From a virus (Duplodnaviria; Caudoviricetes), in the IMG/VR virus record IMGVR_UViG_3300029199_000025, positions 1-24,922 of that record: 24,922 bases of DNA. One strand, given 5' to 3'. Positions 15,216 through 22,546 of the stretch are shown here, one piece after another. The position numbers were made by a program, and so were the translations under genes. The number at the start of each line of letters is the position of its first letter. The first letter of the stretch is position 1. Below the pieces are notes generated by a model. The model saw only the letters and a list, made by a program, of their open reading frames with translations, did not search any database and was not told where the DNA came from.

Positions 15216-17323
15216 TGGCACGAGTCCCAGATTACTCGCAGCGCCAGGTCAGCTTGCGCCCGGTGAACTCCAACGGGTTCAGCATGCGGGCGCCGGATGC
15301 GTCAGGCTTCACCCGCGGCCTTGAGCAGGCAGAGAATGCCATGCTGCGCCGGGTCGAAAAGGAGCGCGAGAACGCCAATCGAGCAGCCCTGCTCGAGGCC
15401 GACAAGCAGCTGACCGACTGGCAGCACAACACGCTGTTCAACCCGGAAAGCGGTGTGTACACCCGCAAGGGCAAGAACGCGCTCGACGTGACCAACAACA
15501 CGCTTGCTCAGTTCGAGGAGGCGCAGGCGAAGATCGCTGACGGTCTCAAATCAGAAGAGCAGCGTGCCCTGTTCACCCAGGTTGCTGCGCAGCGCCGTGA
15601 GTCCATCTCGCGCGAGCTGAACCGCTACGAATACGGCGAGCGTCAGCGCTACTACGATGACGTCGACCGCGGTCAGCTCGAGACGGCCATGCAGGGTGCT
15701 GCACTGAACTACAACAACCCGGAGAAGATTGCCTACTACCAGCGCTCGGCCAATGAGGTATTGAAGGCGCAGGCTGAGCGCAAAGGCCTCCCGGAGGAGA
15801 TGCTGCAGGCCAACTTGCTCCAGGCCAACAGCGGCATGGCGACGGCCGTTATCTCTCGCATGGTCAACGAGGATCCGGGGCGCGCGAAGCAGTACTTTGA
15901 GACTGCGCAAGGGCAGATGACTGCCGACGACCAGGTGCGTGTATCGAATCTGATCGACCGCGAGATCAAGCGCCGCGAAATCGAGGCCAGGCAGATTCAG
16001 GCGATCGCCCGGGCGGAGCTGTCGAGTCGCGTGTCTGACGCGCAGTCGGCCTATCTGTCCGGCTATGAATTCGACAATCCGCCGTCGCAGTCAGAGTTCG
16101 TGGCGTCCTTTGGAGCAAAAGAGGGCGCCGAGCGCTACCAGCAGTTTGCCAAGACACAGGCGCTTGGTTCTGCTATTCGTCAGGTCAAGACCGCTTCGCC
16201 CGAGGAGCGCATGCGTCTAGTCGAGCAGTTCCGTCCAGCCAAGGATGGCGTGGCCGAAGACGGTTTCGCGGTCGATGCCAAGCTGTACGGAACGCTGATC
16301 AATGCAGCATCGCAAGCAGCGGACGAGCTTCAGCGCGACCCGGCATTCTACGCAGCCAGCTACAGCCCATATTTGCGTAAGGCCGCTGAAGATGCGTCAA
16401 GTGGCGACCCAGCAGCTACCGAGGCGTATGCAACTGCCATGCTTGCCGAACAACAGCGTCTTGGTGCGCCAGATCCGAAACTGCTCACTTCCCGCCAGGC
16501 TGCCGGCATCGCCGCTGCATTCGAGAATACTGAAGACGGCGGAAGCAACGCAGCTCAGCTCATCGAACAGCTGCAACAGCAGTGGGGCAAGCACTGGCCG
16601 ACCGTCTACAAGCAGTTGCAGGACAAGCTGCCGGGCGCCGCGCTGGTCATTGGCTCTGGCGTGGACGAGCAGACAGCGGCAACGCTGGCCCGTATTGCGC
16701 ACTTGAAGACCGAGGAACTGAAGAAGGGCCTAGACAGCACCGAGACGCGCGACGCCAAGCTTGCGCTGAATGAAGGCATGGCTGAGTTCCGCAACACCCT
16801 GGCCGGGCAGGTCGGTGGCGAGCGCACATTCTCCACGCTCTACAGCGAAGCCGAACGCCTGACCTACGCTTACATGGGGCAGGGCAAGAGCGCGCGGGAC
16901 GCGGTCAGTCTGGTGAAGAAATCGCTGATCGATGACAAGTACACGCTGGCCGGCACCTATCGCGTACCGAAGTCGTTCGATGCTGACCTCGTTGAGGTTG
17001 GCACAGAGCGCGCGCTGGAGAGCATCGATCCTTCATCCTTGCATTTCGTCAAGGAGCCATGGATGAAGCAAGAGGATGCGTTCAATCAAGCGCGAGCCAA
17101 CCTCGAAGAAGCCTACTGGGTCAACACGGCAGACGAAAATGTAGGCTTGATGCTTTACCGAAACGGCAGGGCGGTGCTCGATAAAAATAAGAAGCCGATT
17201 GTACGTAGCTGGGATGATCTTGCAGAGCAGGCGGTGCGGAAGGCCATCCAAGCTCCGAATGCCGATATCCCCATGCCTAGCGGCAGCATGCTCGACTACA
17301 GCAAAACGAGATCAGTGAGATGA
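15215..17323 (+). CDS. internal virion/ejection protein, gp15-like position (702 aa)
   Basis: GGAGG RBS, TGATG coupling, MARVPDY start, long alpha-helical Cys-free sequence. Confidence 0.82.
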   Translation: MARVPDYSQRQVSLRPVNSNGFSMRAPDASGFTRGLEQAENAMLRRVEKERENANRAALLEADKQLTDWQHNTLFNPESGVYTRKGKNALDVTNNTLAQFEEAQAKIADGLKSEEQRALFTQVAAQRRESISRELNRYEYGERQRYYDDVDRGQLETAMQGAALNYNNPEKIAYYQRSANEVLKAQAERKGLPEEMLQANLLQANSGMATAVISRMVNEDPGRAKQYFETAQGQMTADDQVRVSNLIDREIKRREIEARQIQAIARAELSSRVSDAQSAYLSGYEFDNPPSQSEFVASFGAKEGAERYQQFAKTQALGSAIRQVKTASPEERMRLVEQFRPAKDGVAEDGFAVDAKLYGTLINAASQAADELQRDPAFYAASYSPYLRKAAEDASSGDPAATEAYATAMLAEQQRLGAPDPKLLTSRQAAGIAAAFENTEDGGSNAAQLIEQLQQQWGKHWPTVYKQLQDKLPGAALVIGSGVDEQTAATLARIAHLKTEELKKGLDSTETRDAKLALNEGMAEFRNTLAGQVGGERTFSTLYSEAERLTYAYMGQGKSARDAVSLVKKSLIDDKYTLAGTYRVPKSFDADLVEVGTERALESIDPSSLHFVKEPWMKQEDAFNQARANLEEAYWVNTADENVGLMLYRNGRAVLDKNKKPIVRSWDDLAEQAVRKAIQAPNADIPMPSGSMLDYSKTRSVR

Positions 17324-19056
17324 CGCTCTATCTTGATGGCAATATCGTCGACCCGGATTACGATCTTCTTAGGGACTCGGTCACCGGGCAGTTTGATGCG
17401 GCAGAGGCTGCGTGGGATCAGCAGGCCTTTGATAACCCGGTGATGGCAGCCCGCAGGATTTCCGAGCTTGCTGACGCCGAGCAGGGTGAGGTTATCCGTC
17501 CTGCCATGACGGCGCGCGGGTATACCTCCCCAGCCGTTAGGGCTGAGCCTGAATCGCCCATGCTCCCTGCCGAGGTTGCTCGTGCACGCGTCAAGGAAGA
17601 AGGCCTCGACCTATCCATCGATGACGGCGGTATTCGCGAAGGCGTTCTTGATATCCTGGTCGAGCGTAAGCGCGCAGAGGCGCAGCGCAAGTTCCTGCTC
17701 GACAACGCGCCGGCGTCGACCATCCCGGTTCAGCTGCTTGCGGGCTTTGCCGCTTCGGCTATTGACCCGATCAACATCGCATCGGCATTTATCCCCGTAG
17801 TCGGCGAGGCGCGCTATGCGTCGATGCTGGCCAATGCCACTACCAGAGCGGCCAGGTTTGGCGTTCGCGCTCGCGTTGGGGCGCTAGAGGGCGCCGTAGG
17901 TGCGGCGATGGTTGAGCCGCTGGTGCTGTACGCATCCGCGCAGGATCAGGCCGACTACGACATCACCAATAGCCTGCTCAACGTAGCATTCGGATCAGTT
18001 CTCGGTGGCGGGCTGCACGCGGCCGGCGGCCTGGTCAGCGATCTTCGGCGTGGCAACCTGCTCGAGCAAGTCAGGGTCGAGTCACTGGCAGAAGCTCCGC
18101 AAGGCGCTGAGGCCAGGGCGACGACGCCAGAGATCGCACTACGGCGCGGCGACGACGACCCCATGCTGCGCCTGAGCGATTCGCTGGCCCGCGGCATTGA
18201 GGCTGATCGTGCGCGCATCGCCGAGGCGTCGGCTATCCAAGCTCGTGACGACCTGATCCCGCAGATTCGCGCAGAGCTGCAGGCCGTCGCAGAGGGCCGC
18301 CTGCCAAACGTGGCCGACCTGAAGGGCGAGCGCTCTGCTATCAATCGCAGCCTGTCGACGCTGGATGAGTCTTTTCGAGATCGCGCCAAGGCTTTCCAGC
18401 AGCAAGGCCTAACGCGCAAACAGGCAGAGCGTGCCGCGCGTGACGCAATCACGGAGGAGCGGCAGCGACTTACAGAGCGCAGCCTTGAGGTTGACGACGC
18501 CCTGGCAGGCAATCGGAGTGCCGAGCAGGCGCGGGCAGAGCTTTCACGCCTAGAGCGCGGAGAAATTCCTGAGCGTTATCAGGCACGCATAGACGAAGCT
18601 GCCGGCAAGGCGGCGTCTGGTTTCGAGCTGCGCCAGACTGCGCGGGCAATGGCCGAATCTGCGCCGTGGCAGGTTCGCGAAAGCGCGCTGCGTGCGGCGG
18701 TAGCCCAAGCCGTAACTGGAAGACCAGTCGACGTCGAGCCGATCTTCCATCTTGCCGATCCGGCCAAGCGACAAGCCGCACTTGAGCGCATCAAGGAGCC
18801 GATCAGGACCGTTTCAGATCCTGAAGGCGAGGTAGCCGCCTACATGGCGGACGAAACTGCCAACTCGCTTGACGGGACAGACCTTGAAGGCGCTGAGCGT
18901 ATGCTTGCCGATGAGCAGGCGCTGACCGACGAGATGGCTGCACAAGCCGGAATCGACCTGAAGCCATTTCTGCGCGAAGCCGAAGAACTGGCCGCAGATG
19001 CCGAAACCTACGCCGCCGCTTACCGGGCCGCGGCACTTTGTCAGTTGAGGAACTAA
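17320..19056 (+). CDS. internal virion/ejection protein with hydrophobic Gly/Ala segments (578 aa)
   Basis: ATGA coupling; DPINIASAFIPVVG and NVAFGSVLGGGLHAAGG segments, then a long coiled-coil region. Confidence 0.82.
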   Translation: MTLYLDGNIVDPDYDLLRDSVTGQFDAAEAAWDQQAFDNPVMAARRISELADAEQGEVIRPAMTARGYTSPAVRAEPESPMLPAEVARARVKEEGLDLSIDDGGIREGVLDILVERKRAEAQRKFLLDNAPASTIPVQLLAGFAASAIDPINIASAFIPVVGEARYASMLANATTRAARFGVRARVGALEGAVGAAMVEPLVLYASAQDQADYDITNSLLNVAFGSVLGGGLHAAGGLVSDLRRGNLLEQVRVESLAEAPQGAEARATTPEIALRRGDDDPMLRLSDSLARGIEADRARIAEASAIQARDDLIPQIRAELQAVAEGRLPNVADLKGERSAINRSLSTLDESFRDRAKAFQQQGLTRKQAERAARDAITEERQRLTERSLEVDDALAGNRSAEQARAELSRLERGEIPERYQARIDEAAGKAASGFELRQTARAMAESAPWQVRESALRAAVAQAVTGRPVDVEPIFHLADPAKRQAALERIKEPIRTVSDPEGEVAAYMADETANSLDGTDLEGAERMLADEQALTDEMAAQAGIDLKPFLREAEELAADAETYAAAYRAAALCQLRN

Positions 19057-21632
19057 TGGGCGCTCTAGACTGCATCGACACAATCCAGGCTGCTGCCAAG
19101 GCCGCAGGGCGCGAGCTGAACGAGAATGAAATGGTCGAGCTGGTAGGCGACCTACAGGCGCGCATCAAACAGCTGCAGGCGACTGACGGCATGCTTGGCC
19201 TAGAAGACGCTGCGTTGCGTGCCGCTGACGAGATGGGGAACGAGGTGAAGCTGGCCGCTGCCATCGAGAAGCGTAACGCGCTGCTCAACGCTCGCCGCCG
19301 CGCTGAACTGGTCGGCTATATCCGCAGCACATGGTCAGATCGTCCCGACCTCGGACTCGAGTCATTCCTTGTCGGCACCAACGTTGCTCGGGCAGGCGCG
19401 CGCCGGTCGGTCGCGGCCGAGCAGAAACAGCTCAGCCAGGCCTATATCGCCGGTTTCCTCAACGACATCGAGAAGGAGGGGCTGCTGCCTTTCCTGACTC
19501 GCGGCGACTTGGATCAGGACATCGCAGATTCGCTCTGGCGTATCGGCATGGATCGTCCGCTGGACGGCCTGAGCAAGGAAGCCGTGTCGATCGCCAAGAT
19601 CATGCAGAAATACCAGGAGACGGCCAGGATCGACGCGAACCGCGCGGGCGCTTTCATCCGCAAGTTGCCTGGCTACGTGGTGCGCCAGTCCCACGACCCG
19701 TACAAGATTCAGCGCGCCGGTTTCCAGCAATGGCGCGACGAGATCCTGCCGCTGTTGGACGAACGCACCTTCGAGGCTGGCTCGGACGTAGATGGCTTCC
19801 TGCTGGCCACCTACAACAATCTGGTCTCTGGTGTGCACCTGAAAGCTACCACGCCAGAACCGACAGGCTTTAAAGGTCCGCGCAACCTGGCCAAGAAGGT
19901 CAGCGCCGAGCGCGTGCTGCACTTCAAGGACGGCGTAGCGTGGAACCAGTACAACAAGGTCTACGGCACCGGCTCGCTGCGCGAAGCATTCCTTGGTGGC
20001 CTCGACCGCTCGGGTGACAGCACCGGCCTGATGCGTCGCCTGGGCACCAACCCTGAAAGCAACTGGAGCGCCGCGCTCGACGAGCTTCAGCTTGATCTGA
20101 AGAATGACCCGGAAGGCCTGCGCAAATTCCAGCAGGATCGCAACGGGCTGCTCAAGACACGCTTCTCGGAAATCGACGGCACGTCCCGCATGGCTGTCAA
20201 CCATGTTGGCGCCAGGGTGGCTTCGAACCTCCGCGCTTGGCAGTCAATGGCCAAGCTGGGCGGCGCGGTCATCTCAGCCGTGACGGACCTTCCCGTTGCA
20301 GCGAGCGAAATGCGCTACCAGGGCAAGGGCATGCTGTCTTCCATGGGCGCACTGATCGGCGGCATGGTCAAGGGCCGCAAGCCAGCTGAGCAACGGGAAA
20401 TTCTCTCGACTCTGGGGGTGTTCTTCGACAGCGTGCGCGGCGAGGTGGTAAGCAAGTTCAGCGCCGATGATTCGCTTGGCGGGCAGATGAGCAAATGGCA
20501 GCAACGGTTCTTCAAGGTAAACGGCTTGACCTGGTGGACGGACGCCATGCGCAGCACCGCGGCGCTGATGATGAGCCATCACCTGGCCTACAACCGTTCA
20601 CTGAACTGGGACCAGATGAACCCTGATCTGCGGCGCACGCTTGAGCTGTTCGACTTCGATGCTGGCAAGTGGGATCTGGTAAGGAGGACGGGAGCCAAGC
20701 AGGCCGACGGCCGCGAGTACATGACAGCCCAGGGCATCGACGATATCGCTGACGCGGATCTCGCCGGATACCTCACCAGCAAGGGTCGCACAGTCAACGA
20801 CGCGGCTGTTGCTGAGCTGCGCGAGGAGCTGCGCGGCAGCCTGCGCAGCTACATCACTGACCGGGCCAGCTATGCCGTCATCGAGCCGGACGCCAGGACG
20901 CGCGCCATGATGCGCCGCGGCACTCAACCCGGAACCGTAGCCGGCGAACTTCTGCGGTTCGTCGGTCAGTTCAAGGCATTCCCTGTGGCCATTCTGCAGA
21001 AGTCGTTCGGCCGAGAGCTGTATGGGCGGGGCTACAAGCCAGGTGCCTACGGTGCAAACCCTGGCCGCGAACTGATCCAGGCTATGCGCAGTGGCAACGG
21101 CGAAAAGCTCGGTATCGCTCAGCTGATGCTGTGGACCACGCTGTTCGGCTATGGCGCCATGGCCACAAAGGATCTGCTGAAAGGACGCGAACCTCGGCCG
21201 GCAGATGACCCCAAGACTTGGGTGGCGGCGATGCTGCAGGGTGGCGCGCTCGGGCTGTACGGTGACTTCCTGTTCGGTGAAGCCAACCGCTTCGGCGGCG
21301 GGCTCACGCAGTCGCTGTCAGGTCCGACGCTGGGCCTGATCGACGGCGGGTATGACCTGTTCGCTAGGGCGCGCGATGGTGACGATACGGCAGCGGCGGC
21401 TGTGCGTTACACAATCCAGAATACGCCTTTCGCAAATCTGTTTTACACTCGCGCAGCGCTTGACTACTTGTTCCTTCATAGCCTGCAAGAGGCGCTGAAT
21501 CCTGGATCACTTCGTAGGATGGAAAGACGAATTGAAAAAGAAAACGCACAGCGCTTCTTAATCTCGCCTTCTCGGAACTACCTCGACACTACCGGTGCGG
21601 TGGTCGATACAGTTTCCGACGTGTTCAGATAA
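19056..21632 (+). CDS. large internal virion/ejection protein (858 aa)
   Basis: GAGGA RBS, TAATG coupling; QSHD, ERVLHFKD, KLGGAVIS, GELLRFVGQFKAFP, QGGALGLYGDFLF motifs; C-terminal hydrophobic helices. Confidence 0.88.
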   Translation: MGALDCIDTIQAAAKAAGRELNENEMVELVGDLQARIKQLQATDGMLGLEDAALRAADEMGNEVKLAAAIEKRNALLNARRRAELVGYIRSTWSDRPDLGLESFLVGTNVARAGARRSVAAEQKQLSQAYIAGFLNDIEKEGLLPFLTRGDLDQDIADSLWRIGMDRPLDGLSKEAVSIAKIMQKYQETARIDANRAGAFIRKLPGYVVRQSHDPYKIQRAGFQQWRDEILPLLDERTFEAGSDVDGFLLATYNNLVSGVHLKATTPEPTGFKGPRNLAKKVSAERVLHFKDGVAWNQYNKVYGTGSLREAFLGGLDRSGDSTGLMRRLGTNPESNWSAALDELQLDLKNDPEGLRKFQQDRNGLLKTRFSEIDGTSRMAVNHVGARVASNLRAWQSMAKLGGAVISAVTDLPVAASEMRYQGKGMLSSMGALIGGMVKGRKPAEQREILSTLGVFFDSVRGEVVSKFSADDSLGGQMSKWQQRFFKVNGLTWWTDAMRSTAALMMSHHLAYNRSLNWDQMNPDLRRTLELFDFDAGKWDLVRRTGAKQADGREYMTAQGIDDIADADLAGYLTSKGRTVNDAAVAELREELRGSLRSYITDRASYAVIEPDARTRAMMRRGTQPGTVAGELLRFVGQFKAFPVAILQKSFGRELYGRGYKPGAYGANPGRELIQAMRSGNGEKLGIAQLMLWTTLFGYGAMATKDLLKGREPRPADDPKTWVAAMLQGGALGLYGDFLFGEANRFGGGLTQSLSGPTLGLIDGGYDLFARARDGDDTAAAAVRYTIQNTPFANLFYTRAALDYLFLHSLQEALNPGSLRRMERRIEKENAQRFLISPSRNYLDTTGAVVDTVSDVFR

Positions 21633-21640
21633 GGATGTCT

Positions 21641-21928
21641 ATGTCCGTGGTTATATCACTGCTGTGGATTGTCGTGGCACCAGTCCTGCTCGCAACGATT
21701 GGAGCTGCTGCGGCGCCTCCGCCATGGTCTGCCTATATCGCGATGGCTATTTTCTTTCCGGCGACTTTCGTGGGTATCTCGATAGCTACGGATATTGATG
21801 GCGGCAGGATTGGATCAATACCCGCAGCAATCCTTGCCGTTAAGGAAGGAATGCAGTGGTTTCTCTGGTGGCTCTTGATTATGGCAGGCTGCATCGGTGC
21901 TGCATGGGCGGCTGCGGTGCTTAGCTAA
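21641..21928 (+). CDS. accessory inner-membrane protein, three predicted TM helices (95 aa)
   Basis: AAGGA RBS fits ATG 21641 (alternative start 21635); almost wholly hydrophobic; T-ending codons unlike the structural genes. Confidence 0.75.
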   Translation: MSVVISLLWIVVAPVLLATIGAAAAPPPWSAYIAMAIFFPATFVGISIATDIDGGRIGSIPAAILAVKEGMQWFLWWLLIMAGCIGAAWAAAVLS

Positions 21929-21937
21929 GGAGGGGGT

Positions 21938-22444
21938 GTGACGATCTATACAGGAGGCCCGATCATTGGCGGGCCCATTGACCTGGGCGATATCGTTCCG
22001 GAAACAGAAGTTTGGTCAGCATGGGCGACGGCAGATCTTATTGCCGTTGTGTTGACGGCATCTCTTGTCGTTAGGCTTTTGCTGGCGTGCCGAAAAGGCG
22101 CCCACCCGCTGATTGGGCTTTCCGAACCACTCGGCCGAGCGCAGCGCATTGGTGTGGTTCTGCTGGTTGCTGCTGCGGCTGTTTTATTAGCCTTTGCTCT
22201 GGCGATCTTTTTTCAGGACTACACGCATGCTCAGGCTGAGCATCGCAGAGTCTTCATGGATGCGACATTTTATACGGGCCGCACGGCCGAGTACCGCTCC
22301 GCAGCCATGGCGCTCTATAGCGCGGCGATTCACCAAGAAATTTGGCTTCTAGCGACGGCGGCGGCCGCTGTCATAGGGGGCTGGCTTGTCTTCGCCCATC
22401 GAGCAACTACAGAGCCACTGATTAGTTGGCTTAAAGACGGCTGA
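21938..22444 (+). CDS. accessory inner-membrane protein, three predicted TM helices (168 aa)
   Basis: TAAGGAGG RBS before GTG; acidic N-terminal segment, TM1, basic loop, TM2, about 40-aa loop, TM3. Confidence 0.8.
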   Translation: MTIYTGGPIIGGPIDLGDIVPETEVWSAWATADLIAVVLTASLVVRLLLACRKGAHPLIGLSEPLGRAQRIGVVLLVAAAAVLLAFALAIFFQDYTHAQAEHRRVFMDATFYTGRTAEYRSAAMALYSAAIHQEIWLLATAAAAVIGGWLVFAHRATTEPLISWLKDG

Positions 22445-22460
22445 ATTCGCTAACCACAAG

Positions 22461-22481
22461 ACCCGCTTCGGCGGGTTTTTT
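22461..22481 (+). terminator. intrinsic terminator 1
   Basis: ACCCGC-TTCG-GCGGGT followed by a T run (6 T in total). Confidence 0.9.
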
Positions 22482-22495
22482 ATTGCCCAAATTCC

Positions 22496-22522
22496 AGGCC
22501 CCGCCAATGAGCGGGGCTTTTT
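22496..22522 (+). terminator. intrinsic terminator 2
   Basis: AGGCCCCGC-CAATGA-GCGGGGCTT with a 5-T run. Confidence 0.85.
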
Positions 22523-22546
22523 ATTGCCCGCACGAAAGGACCGGCC

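Noticed and set aside
127-19055. ORF-track upstream starts (127, 1702, 4349, 4616, 5284, 9714, 10642, 14760, 15134, 19038)
   Set aside because: They extend into upstream genes; downstream starts with RBS or stop-start coupling fit better.
2044-20204. Long minus-strand ORFs (2044-2880, 5602-6663, 10161-11015, 12612-13418, 19362-20204 and others)
   Set aside because: Antisense shadows of well-supported plus-strand genes, expected with high GC3; no motifs or RBS support.
21460-21565. Internal promoter for the membrane-protein cassette (TTGACT at 21460, TTGAAA at 21532)
   Set aside because: No acceptable -10 hexamer at 16-18 bp spacing from either.
4941-21632. Genome-wide UGA recoding to match the atypical tRNA-Trp
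   Set aside because: Structural genes are intact under the standard code, use TGG for Trp, and many end in TGA with coupled starts.
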